A stretch of 26,677 bases of DNA, taken from positions 1-26,677 of the IMG/VR virus record IMGVR_UViG_3300040733_000120; one strand, given 5' to 3'. The position numbers were made by a program, and so were the translations under genes. The notes under the pieces were generated by a model that saw only the letters and a list, made by a program, of their open reading frames with translations, did not search any database and had not been told where the DNA came from. Positions 8,815 to 16,772 of the stretch are shown piece after piece. The DNA comes from a virus (taxonomy: Duplodnaviria > Caudoviricetes). How positions within the stretch are numbered: the first letter of the stretch is position 1; each line of letters begins with the position of its first letter.

Positions 8815-9200
8815 CAGTCGCTGCTTTGCAAAAAGGTAATTGTTTTCCGGCTTTCATCGGCATCCTGCCAGCCGTAGGTGTCCACTTCCTCAATCCCGTC
8901 TATCAGGGGCACGGCATGAATATGAGCCGTGTCATCATAGTTGATCGCCGGGTAAATTGTCAATTCCTCGCCAGACTCGAGGATCTGATCGATCTTGCCG
9001 GCTGTTTCCTGGCGCCTGAGGTCAAAGCTGATGGTCAACTGGCCCGCCTCGGAGCCGATGTATTTCACGCCGGGTTTTTCGGCCTGCTTGGTGTGGACCT
9101 GGTACTCCGTGGCCTTTGGCCAGGTCACATCAAGGATCTCCTCTGCATCAAAATAGACAGTGGTGGCCCCATAGACTATTTTGACCGCATTACTCGGCAT
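8814..9200 (-). CDS. Distal tail protein (Dit-like)
   Basis: 128 aa immediately after the tape measure, overlapping its end; YIGSEAGQLTISFDL resembles the Dit-type beta motif; call is mainly by synteny. Confidence 0.55.
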   Translation of the reverse strand: MPSNAVKIVYGATTVYFDAEEILDVTWPKATEYQVHTKQAEKPGVKYIGSEAGQLTISFDLRRQETAGKIDQILESGEELTIYPAINYDDTAHIHAVPLIDGIEEVDTYGWQDADESRKTITFLQSSD

Positions 9201-12200
9201 AGGGATTGGCCTTCACCTGGAATTTTCGTGTGCGTTGATCGATCCGGGGCTGAATGTGTTTATCGCTCACCCGGAACCACGTCTCCGGGGTAGTGTTGCC
9301 GGCGATGATATTGACAACCGTCTGCTGTTGCGCTCTGGTTGCAGCGCTTCCACCTGCCAGAACTGCAGGATCAAGGGAGGCGTTGAAATCTGTCAGCCTG
9401 CTGGCTCCTAGCGCCGCGGTGGCCTCCCTGGTGAGGACAAACTCATCTGCATGAAGCGTCGCGAGACCTGTGCGCGGGACATACCCACCAAGGGCGTACC
9501 GGTCGCCGGTTGGTGCGGGCGCCGCGCCCGTCGGAATATCCTCATCCGCTGGGGCTTCTGGTACTCCCGGCGCGGCCTCCGGTAGTGCCCCGGCCTCGCC
9601 GTTAATCTCGGCGAGCAGGTCGCGGGCGCGCTGGATCTGGTCGGCAATGTCGGCAAAGGCCTGGCTTGTCGGGTCGAGCGTCGCCTGGAATGCCAGGTTC
9701 GCGGCGATGGCCTCATTCAACAGATCAACGATGCCGGTTTCATCCTCCAACTCGCCAAAGGTATCGAGCATCTCCTGGGTGTTCTCCAGGAGGTATTCCA
9801 TATTTTCTGTGAGCTGATCCAGCATATCCCTGCGCGAAAAAGCCCCGGTGAGGTCCTCGATCTCCTCATTCACATCGGCAAGGGCGGCCCTGTATTTTCT
9901 CAGCGGCTCTGCTCCAAGCTCCTCACCCAAAGACCGGACAATGAAATCAATGGCCTCTGTCAGCATTTGCTGCTGGTTTTTCAGCTGATCGAGCCTGTCG
10001 CTTTGAAATTGACTCGTCAGGCTTTCAAGGGCATTGGCCGCATCCATGGTCGGCTGGTACATGGCTCCAAGGGAGTCGGTCATTTCGTCGATACTGCGCG
10101 CCGCAAGGTGGACGGTTCCGCCGTCTCCGCCGAGCTGGCTCATCAGCAAATTTACCCCGCCAACAGCCAGCGTGACCGGATTGAAGCCGCTCTCGGCAAA
10201 TGTGCCAAGAAGCGTGAATAGCTGCCCGACCTTCGGGTTTGCCTCCGAGGCCGCATCACCAATGGATTTGAAAAGACCGGGAAGCTCGCTTTTATCAAGC
10301 TTTTTGTCCTGCGCTATCTTCCAAATGTTATCGACGAATGTTGCCAGCTTTGGGTTATAGACCTCGAGACCCTTTGACAGACCGAGCGCGGCCGATTCTA
10401 TGGCGCCAATTCCAAGTGCAGCATTATCCGCCCCCGTTTTTACCTCGGGAAATGCCCCGATTAGACCGGTGTCTTTTTTGGTAAGGGCGTCTGTAAGGCC
10501 ACGTATTTGTGTGTTTGCGGCCATGGCGTCGGTTTGAAGCTTTTCAATATAACCAAGGCCTTTCATCTCTTTGGTTTCTTTATAATTCTGTCTTTCCACC
10601 TCCTCCTTGAGAGCTTGCAGCTGCTCTTTGGTCAGTTTGATCTTGTTGGCGGCGCCGCCATTACCGTCTGTTCCGGCGGCCGCATTTCCAAGAGCGTCAA
10701 TATTCCCGCCAGCAGCCGCGACACCTTCCGGCTTATTGAGCTCGGCTATTTCTTCTTTGATCTTCTTCATGCGATCGGCAAGCTGGCCGGATCGTCCGAC
10801 CGAGTCGTCCGAAATCATCCCGGCAAGGGCGGGAGAAAGCACGGCAACCCCGGCGGCTATGCTGTTGAGGACGCCGCCTTCCGTTCCGATTTGCCTTTCA
10901 AGATCCTCTAGCTGCTGCGTGAGGTTGACAAGCTTTATGGCCTCGTAGGAATCTTTAACACTGCCAAGCTTCCCGGTATAGTCATCGAGGTTTAGGCCGA
11001 CACTTCCGAGCATGTCCCCAAGGGCCTTCTCGGAGTCCTTTAGCTTGATCGTCTCGTCCTTTGTGAGCTCTTTTTTCCCTCGCAACGTTTCTATCGTACC
11101 GGCAAGCTGCCCGACCTTTTCAATATTATCGGATGTTGCCCCGATCTCCTCGAGCACGCTTGCCTGGTTCGCGTCAATGGCTGTATTCAGGGCAACTATG
11201 CCGGCGGCAACCCCTGCGACGCCCATAGCAATTATGCCAAGGGGTGAGGCGGAGAGTGTTGCGAAAACGCCGGATAGCATCGAGATACCCTTTGTCGCAC
11301 CGGCAAGGGCCCCGAACCCAACGGCCAGGGTTCCGATAGACGAAGCAAGGGTTTTTGTTGCTTCAGGATTTTCGTTTGCCAGCTTGACTATATCGCCGAG
11401 TATCGGTATAAAGGCGTTGCCAGAATCGATCAGGCTGACCTTGACGATGTTTGCAAATTTATCAGACTGGGCGGAGAAGGTTTCCATTTGGGTTTGATAG
11501 GCCCGGTTGACAGCCCCGGGCGCCTGGGCCATTTTCTCCATGGTTGCGAGAAAACCGTTTTCCCCGTTAAGGTTGCCAACCAGGGCAAGCATAGCCTTAT
11601 TACTTTGCTCGGTGAACCCCATCGAATTGAAAAAGTTGGCCCTTTGCTCATCGGTCATACCCTTGACCGCCGCGTCCATGTCCTTGAGCACCGCGACCAG
11701 CCCGCGGAATGATCCGTCAGGGCCCCAGACCTTGATCCCGTTGGCTTCTATTTTCCCGGTTATTTCCGGATCCGCCAGCTGCGAGAAAAGGCGCCCAAGG
11801 TAGGTGGTCGAGCTCTGTGAGTCGATTCCGGACAAAGTTAGCTGAGCTACGGAGGCGTAGAGCTCATCAAGCGGGACCTTGAGGTTCTGAGCGGCCGGGA
11901 GGGCGTTTCCGATAGAGGTTGCAAGCTGATCATAGCTGAGTACGCCGACATTGACCGCCTGGAACTGCAAATCGAAGACGCGGGTCAGCTCCGAAATCGG
12001 CAGGCCGTAAGAATTAATGTTAGCCATACCCGCCCGGATTGCCGTATCCACGCCGGTCAACCCGGCAGATGCCGCGGCAGCGGCCAATGCAAGGGCCTTG
12101 GTAGACTCCGCCGCGGGTACCCCTGACGAAACCAGGTCATAGAGTCCGGATGTAAGGCTTTCCATATTGGCCGGATTGACCATGGCAATCGCCTTGACCT

Positions 12201-12465
12201 CCTCGCTCAGCTGCTTCATACCGCTTGGATCGAGGTTGGCGATAGTGTTGACGTTTGCCATTTTCCTCTCGAACTCGGCGGCGTTTTTAACCGCAAGTCC
12301 GAGCGCCGCGGCGCCCGCGGCAATGCCAATATTTACCGCCTTGGCAAGGGTGTCGGCGCCGTCCTTGACCTTTTGATTGACCTTCCCGAGCTCGGTATTA
12401 AACTGGTCTACACCACCGAGCTTCAGAATGGCAAGAATATCCGCATCGTCAACAAGGAAACCCAT
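9190..12465 (-). CDS. Tail tape measure protein (TP901-family core)
   Basis: 1091 aa Ala/Gly/Leu-rich helical protein; AAEFERKMANVNTIA, GLYDLVSSG, AVNVGVLSYDQLA core motifs; C-terminal YALGGYVPRTGLATLHADEFVL motif; follows the tail chaperones. Confidence 0.95.
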   Translation of the reverse strand: MGFLVDDADILAILKLGGVDQFNTELGKVNQKVKDGADTLAKAVNIGIAAGAAALGLAVKNAAEFERKMANVNTIANLDPSGMKQLSEEVKAIAMVNPANMESLTSGLYDLVSSGVPAAESTKALALAAAAASAGLTGVDTAIRAGMANINSYGLPISELTRVFDLQFQAVNVGVLSYDQLATSIGNALPAAQNLKVPLDELYASVAQLTLSGIDSQSSTTYLGRLFSQLADPEITGKIEANGIKVWGPDGSFRGLVAVLKDMDAAVKGMTDEQRANFFNSMGFTEQSNKAMLALVGNLNGENGFLATMEKMAQAPGAVNRAYQTQMETFSAQSDKFANIVKVSLIDSGNAFIPILGDIVKLANENPEATKTLASSIGTLAVGFGALAGATKGISMLSGVFATLSASPLGIIAMGVAGVAAGIVALNTAIDANQASVLEEIGATSDNIEKVGQLAGTIETLRGKKELTKDETIKLKDSEKALGDMLGSVGLNLDDYTGKLGSVKDSYEAIKLVNLTQQLEDLERQIGTEGGVLNSIAAGVAVLSPALAGMISDDSVGRSGQLADRMKKIKEEIAELNKPEGVAAAGGNIDALGNAAAGTDGNGGAANKIKLTKEQLQALKEEVERQNYKETKEMKGLGYIEKLQTDAMAANTQIRGLTDALTKKDTGLIGAFPEVKTGADNAALGIGAIESAALGLSKGLEVYNPKLATFVDNIWKIAQDKKLDKSELPGLFKSIGDAASEANPKVGQLFTLLGTFAESGFNPVTLAVGGVNLLMSQLGGDGGTVHLAARSIDEMTDSLGAMYQPTMDAANALESLTSQFQSDRLDQLKNQQQMLTEAIDFIVRSLGEELGAEPLRKYRAALADVNEEIEDLTGAFSRRDMLDQLTENMEYLLENTQEMLDTFGELEDETGIVDLLNEAIAANLAFQATLDPTSQAFADIADQIQRARDLLAEINGEAGALPEAAPGVPEAPADEDIPTGAAPAPTGDRYALGGYVPRTGLATLHADEFVLTREATAALGASRLTDFNASLDPAVLAGGSAATRAQQQTVVNIIAGNTTPETWFRVSDKHIQPRIDQRTRKFQVKANPYAE

Positions 12466-12847
12466 TATACCACCTTGACAACCGTTCCGTCCGCCAAATA
12501 AAATACATGCCTTACTTTACGTTGCTCTTTTGGAATACCGCCGTGCTGGTGCGGGCTGTAGCTGTAGATTGATTCGACCTTATACCCGAGAGCGCGAATC
12601 AGCTTAACGCCAAGAATATCCAGCGCTTTAAGAAGAAACTCCGGTAATTCATTGCGAAGTATACTACTTAGGTCGCCTCGTAGCAGCTCCCCCGTATCCG
12701 GTACCTGTCTTATCATCTCCTCAAGGATAGGCCTTCTGGCAATGTGGTTGATATCCTCGGTAAGGGCCGGGTCAAACATCCCGCGGTAATGGTACCTCCG
12801 GGCCAGCCTGTCTCTCAATACCAGGTCTGGATCCCGGCCCTCTATCA
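12465..12847 (-). CDS. Tail assembly chaperone frameshift extension (gpGT-like C-terminal part)
   Basis: The frame of ORF 12465..12818 is open upstream to the slippery site (..K LIEGRDPDLVLRDRLARRYHY..); it is the -1 frame of the upstream chaperone and has only a TTG as its own start. Confidence 0.75.
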
Positions 12848-13267
12848 GTTTTTTGCCTTTTTACCGGCCGCGGTAACCGCCTTGGTCATTTCAACCCAGG
12901 CAGAGGATATGGCGAATAGGGCGCTCCCGTCCGAGCTTATAAGGTCGATGATTTCCTGCAGCTCGTCATTGTTCGAATAGGCTGGGGTGCCGTCCTCGTT
13001 GCGGAGGTACCTCGGCAAGATTTCACGGAGAAGGGCCGACGATGAAACGCTTGTTGCGATTGAATCTGCCGCGTCCTTGTCCTCGGTTTCCCTGGACGCT
13101 TTTTTCTTTTCTGCCAAAAAGCGCGCGCGCTGATCGGCCCAAACAAGATATGTATCCTTTGCGGCGATATAGAATGTCACGGTCTGGTCGTCGACCGGAA
13201 TTACAACCTTGACCCTGCGGGATTCTTTCCTGTTCGCCGCCTTGATGATGTCGATCTGTGAACTCAT
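12845..13267 (-). CDS. Tail assembly chaperone (gpG-like)
   Basis: 140 aa between tail tube and tape measure, ends in KKAKN at a slippery sequence; GGAG SD. Confidence 0.8.
   Translation of the reverse strand: MSSQIDIIKAANRKESRRVKVVIPVDDQTVTFYIAAKDTYLVWADQRARFLAEKKKASRETEDKDAADSIATSVSSSALLREILPRYLRNEDGTPAYSNNDELQEIIDLISSDGSALFAISSAWVEMTKAVTAAGKKAKN
12848..12854 (-). other. Programmed -1 ribosomal frameshift slippery heptamer A AAA AAC
   Basis: Coding strand ...AAG GCA AAA AAC TGA; X-XXY-YYZ heptamer directly before the stop; a -1 shift enters the downstream ORF; canonical position between tail tube and tape measure. Confidence 0.85.
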
Positions 13268-13295
13268 TACTTGCTCCCGTTTCTTTGGTTAAGCG

Positions 13296-13326
13296 AAAAA
13301 GGCCGGACTGTTTAGCCCGGCCTTTT
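13296..13326 (-). terminator. Rho-independent terminator after tail tube gene
   Basis: Coding strand AAAAGGCCGGGCT-AAAC-AGTCCGGCCTTTTT: GC-rich stem followed by a U tract; A/T tracts on both sides suggest it could be bidirectional. Confidence 0.8.
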
Positions 13327-13334
13327 GGTTTGGC

Positions 13335-14138
13335 TTAGGCCGTGGCCTTTGCGTAGTAGACTTCAATCTTGCTCCCGGCCGCCGGGGCGGTCGTGAAAGC
13401 CAGATTGGTTCCGGTGATCTGGAAACCCGTGGTCTGCAGGGTGGCGATGTCAGCACCAGTGGCGCGCACCTTGACGTAGACGCAGTTATCCAGGACCCAT
13501 CCAAGGTCGACCAGGTTGGGACGGGCGGTCACGTCGGTGATGTCCAGCGGCGTGGCGCTCAGGGTGTAGTTGAGGCTGGAGCCGTCCGCGGTGAAAACAT
13601 CGTAGACCATTTCCACACCACCCTTGAGATCGAACGGCAAGAACTTTGAATAAAACGGCAGGGTGACAATGTGACCGTCGTTGCCGAAGTTCGGCGCGAA
13701 ATCCTTCAGGATCAGGGCAGGACAGACATGGCTGCCGGCATGGACCCCGGACGGCAACCGGTAGATAGATTCCAGGTTGATAAGCGGCTTGTCCTCGAAC
13801 GCCAGGGGCATACCGTAGACACCACCAAGTCCCCATGTCTGTCCCAGGAGCGCGGGAACCAGAGTCAGGGCGTCTTTCAGGAAGATCTTGACGTCGACGT
13901 TGTACTCGGGCTGCAGCATGATCTTGCGGCGCTCCCCGCGGCCGCCCTGCTGCATGCCTTCGAATGTCTTCTTGTAACTCACAGCGCCGGGCGTGACATC
14001 CTGCACGCCATAGATATCGACCGGGGTGACCGGAGCAGCCGCGACCGCCGGGTTGACCAGGGTGTAGCGGTGCAGGGCGTTTTCATTGTCGATAAAGACT
14101 TCCTTTACCGGCGCGCCCAAATTGTCATTGAGACCCAT
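13335..14138 (-). CDS. Major tail tube protein with C-terminal beta-sandwich extension
   Basis: 267 aa; after the tail terminator and before the chaperones; GAGGTGG SD; followed by a terminator; C-terminal FTADGSSLNYTL...LAFTTAPAAGSKIEVYY domain. Confidence 0.75.
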   Translation of the reverse strand: MGLNDNLGAPVKEVFIDNENALHRYTLVNPAVAAAPVTPVDIYGVQDVTPGAVSYKKTFEGMQQGGRGERRKIMLQPEYNVDVKIFLKDALTLVPALLGQTWGLGGVYGMPLAFEDKPLINLESIYRLPSGVHAGSHVCPALILKDFAPNFGNDGHIVTLPFYSKFLPFDLKGGVEMVYDVFTADGSSLNYTLSATPLDITDVTARPNLVDLGWVLDNCVYVKVRATGADIATLQTTGFQITGTNLAFTTAPAAGSKIEVYYAKATA

Positions 14139-14150
14139 TTTTCCACCTCG

Positions 14151-14651
14151 CTAAAAGGTTACAATCAGTGATATGGTTACTTCCCGGCGGTACTCCAGCG
14201 GATCTTCTACCGGAATGTTGCGCGGGCCGGTTGAGCCGGTGACGATTATTCCATGGTCAAAAAGCGATTTATTGGTATAGGTTAGGCCGCCAAGAGCGAC
14301 CGTGAAAACAGTGTTATAGACATCGATATCCCCGAACAGATCCAGTAAATGCCCGGCGGCGATGTCACATTCTTCCACCCCGCCCGTCCCCTCATCGCCG
14401 CCGGAGTTCCAGCACCCCAGGACAATCTCCATGGTCACAGCCGGCCGGCCGCCCTGGTGGGATAGCGTGCCGGTCTTGATCGCGGTGTCCACATAGACCA
14501 GGAGCCTGGTAAAATTAAAGACCTCTCCTTCAGGATAGCCGTAGACAGCCTGCCAGGAGGACCATGGCACGGTCGTGCTGACAAGTTTTGAAATCAGCGC
14601 ATGGATGACCTTCTGGACATCAGAGACCGAGTATTTTCGCCTCACCGCCAA
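14151..14651 (-). CDS. Tail terminator/completion protein (putative)
   Basis: 166 aa just upstream of the tail tube; VQKVIHALISKL...VYGYPE...YRREVTISLIV pattern fits gpU/gp17-like proteins; start may be TTG 14651 or GTG 14645. Confidence 0.55.
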   Translation of the reverse strand: MAVRRKYSVSDVQKVIHALISKLVSTTVPWSSWQAVYGYPEGEVFNFTRLLVYVDTAIKTGTLSHQGGRPAVTMEIVLGCWNSGGDEGTGGVEECDIAAGHLLDLFGDIDVYNTVFTVALGGLTYTNKSLFDHGIIVTGSTGPRNIPVEDPLEYRREVTISLIVTF

Positions 14652-15081
14652 CGCCGGCGCTCCTGAGCTTAAGTTTGATCAGATACCGCTGTTTGTTGAT
14701 GATCGCCTGCCGGCGCTCGGCCACTGCATCGGTCATGAACCGGCGCGGCCGCATTTTGTGGGTGCCAAAGTGGACATGAACCGCATAGGGCGCCTTGCTC
14801 TTGTCGATGAAGACAATGCCCCTGGCAAAGTCAAGGCGCCGCATGCGGACCGCTTGATGAAGGTTCCCGGATATCATCGTAACCGGGAGCTTGCCAGGCC
14901 AGGGCGATTTGGTCCTGGGCTTGTGGCGCATGCCGCCGAGGTTCTGCGTGACCTTGCGCTTGAGCTCATCCATGCCAAAATCGATGGCTTCCCTTACCGC
15001 CTCAGAGAGTGCGAACTTGATGCGGGTGGACTTTTTATCCCATCTGGAGAAATCAACCTTGCAATCAATATCAAGGGCCAT
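14620..15081 (-). CDS. HK97 gp10-like neck/tail-completion protein
   Basis: Basic protein with PVTMISGNLHQAV and APYAVHVHFGTHKMRPRRFMTDAV motifs; start re-assigned to ATG 15081, just after the upstream stop. Confidence 0.8.
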   Translation of the reverse strand: MALDIDCKVDFSRWDKKSTRIKFALSEAVREAIDFGMDELKRKVTQNLGGMRHKPRTKSPWPGKLPVTMISGNLHQAVRMRRLDFARGIVFIDKSKAPYAVHVHFGTHKMRPRRFMTDAVAERRQAIINKQRYLIKLKLRSAGVGGEAKILGL

Positions 15082-15083
15082 GG

Positions 15084-15539
15084 CTATGAAATCCTCTTTA
15101 AAATCGCCCACTGAGCGCAAACATCGCCGGGCATAAGATCGGAGATATGCCAGACCTTGTATTTGTAGCTGCCCACGGTTATGTTCGCGTCCTTGCTCAG
15201 TGTGACTTGCGTGCCTGTGGAGGCATTCTGCGTGCCCAGCATGAACAGGTCATCGTCTTTTACCTGTCCGATGATCTCGGCTGAGAACTTTTTGTGGATC
15301 TCGTCGCCGGCAATCCCGGCCTCATAAAACATGGCCTTGATGCTGGTGGTCGTAGTGGTCCGGTTGACCAGCCCTGTCCCGGCACAGCTGGCAGCTGCCG
15401 GATTCAGCCTGTGCCACTCCGGGCTGTAAGCCCCTCTCTCTGTCGTGCACGGGCAAACCGTGCCGGCTACCGTTTCCAGAGAAGCAGTCACGCCATAGCG
15501 GGCAAGCACAGAGGCCACCTGTGTCCAATATGAAGGCAT
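15084..15539 (-). CDS. Head closure/stopper protein (putative) with Cys-rich insert
   Basis: 151 aa between adaptor and gp10-like gene; CPC...H...CAGTG motif; C-terminal ITVGSYKYKVWHI typical of head-closure beta-barrels. Confidence 0.55.
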   Translation of the reverse strand: MPSYWTQVASVLARYGVTASLETVAGTVCPCTTERGAYSPEWHRLNPAAASCAGTGLVNRTTTTTSIKAMFYEAGIAGDEIHKKFSAEIIGQVKDDDLFMLGTQNASTGTQVTLSKDANITVGSYKYKVWHISDLMPGDVCAQWAILKRIS

Positions 15540-15931
15540 CAGTACTCCGCATAGTTGACGGTCCGGACAGAGCCGTAATCACTCTCAGTGACCCCGAGCA
15601 TCTCAAGGGCCTCCTTGCACTCTGCTTTCAGGACAGCAAGGATCTCGGTCTTATCCTTGCTCGATACCGGTTTGATCTCCAGGGGCCCGGATGCCACTCC
15701 CGGCAGCGGTGCAGAGGACACCACCCGCATGGCGACAAAGGCTATCTCGGCAGCCTTGGCAAAAGCCTGCCTGGAGCTGTCCAGGGTCGACGGAGCAGCT
15801 CCTAGCTTCGATGCAATCCACGCCTCTCCGTAGGGGATAAAAGAGGGGCTGGCCAGCACGGTGTCGGATACCTCCACCGATGACAGGGCCAGCCGGTTGC
15901 GGACGTCTGCTGCCGAGATGAAATCAGCCAT
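15539..15931 (-). CDS. Head-tail adaptor/connector protein (putative)
   Basis: 130 aa helical; FISAADVRNRLAL...VSDTVL N-terminus resembles gp6/gp15-like adaptors; synteny after the capsid. Confidence 0.6.
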   Translation of the reverse strand: MADFISAADVRNRLALSSVEVSDTVLASPSFIPYGEAWIASKLGAAPSTLDSSRQAFAKAAEIAFVAMRVVSSAPLPGVASGPLEIKPVSSKDKTEILAVLKAECKEALEMLGVTESDYGSVRTVNYAEY

Positions 15932-16165
15932 TTATTCACCCTGCTCGGGTTTCGGTTTCGGCTGGGGCCCCGGCTTTGCCCGGACGACCTCATTGACTTC
16001 CTTGATCGCGCCATCCTTGATAAGCTGCATCCAGAACGGCGTCCGCGGGAGAGTGTAGATCCTGTGCGGATCATCTTTGAAAGCCTTGCCGCTGACCTTC
16101 AGCAGCACACCATCGGAGCGCCGGATAATGGGCTTTGTGACAATGACTTTCAGTTTTTCGCTCAT
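15932..16165 (-). CDS. Small basic head-region protein
   Basis: 77 aa, AGGAG SD, Lys/Pro-rich tail; typical small ORF between capsid and adaptor. Confidence 0.6.
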   Translation of the reverse strand: MSEKLKVIVTKPIIRRSDGVLLKVSGKAFKDDPHRIYTLPRTPFWMQLIKDGAIKEVNEVVRAKPGPQPKPKPEQGE

Positions 16166-16176
16166 GGCCAGTGCTC

Positions 16177-16707
16177 CTAATATTTGCCGGTGGTATCGGC
16201 TGCCTGGTAGGCCGGGACAAACAGACTGAGGCCGGTGTTCAGGGTCAACTTGTACCAGCGCGCCTTGTTCTGGGTGCCGAATTTGACGCTGTCGAAGTCG
16301 GTGATGTAATGAGTGGCCGTAGAGCCCAGCTTGGCGCCGCCGGCAAAATACCCGATCCCCGTAGAGTCGACATAGAATTTCGACGTATTGCCGATCTCCA
16401 CTTCCAGGACATACCCGGCTTTGTACATATTCAGCTTCAGGGTATCGCCGTCAGAGGACCATTGCCAGATGCCGGTGTTGTTGTTGACTGCCGAGTTGGT
16501 GACCGTCCCGCTCAATGTCGGGCTGGTCAGGATCGCCGAGACCAGGGTCTTGTAGGCCAGAGAGAACTGGCCGTTTTTGATATAGTCCATCTCCTTCTGC
16601 CAGGTCGAGCGGGCAATCCGGGGATCGGCACTCTGGGCAAAGGAGATGGTAAGGATCGTGGCCACAAGGACAACGGTCAGGACCAGGTAAAGCAGTGCTT
16701 TTCTCAC
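16177..16707 (-). CDS. Signal-peptide-bearing beta-rich protein after the capsid gene (possible head fibre/appendage)
   Basis: Start re-assigned to GTG 16707 (AAGGAG SD 8 nt upstream); MRKALLYLVLTVVLVATILTISFA|QSA; contains a fibre-like KTLVSAILTSPTLSGTV segment and beta-rich remainder; 176 aa. Confidence 0.65.
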   Translation of the reverse strand: MRKALLYLVLTVVLVATILTISFAQSADPRIARSTWQKEMDYIKNGQFSLAYKTLVSAILTSPTLSGTVTNSAVNNNTGIWQWSSDGDTLKLNMYKAGYVLEVEIGNTSKFYVDSTGIGYFAGGAKLGSTATHYITDFDSVKFGTQNKARWYKLTLNTGLSLFVPAYQAADTTGKY

Positions 16708-16729
16708 GATTTGAGCTCCTTGAATGGGA

Positions 16730-16764
16730 CCAGCCCCCGGGCAATGGTCCACCCGGGGGTCTGG
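16730..16764 (-). promoter_or_regulatory. Strong GC hairpin directly after the major capsid stop (mRNA stabiliser/attenuator)
   Basis: Coding strand CCAG-A-CCCCCGGG-TGGACCATTG-CCCGGGGG-CTGG; no U tract follows. Confidence 0.55.
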
Positions 16765-16772
16765 CAAGAGGG

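Noticed and set aside
9190-15120. Contractile tail, tailocin or gene transfer agent interpretation
   Set aside because: No sheath or baseplate wedge genes; full head and packaging genes and a long tape measure indicate an ordinary long non-contractile-tailed phage.
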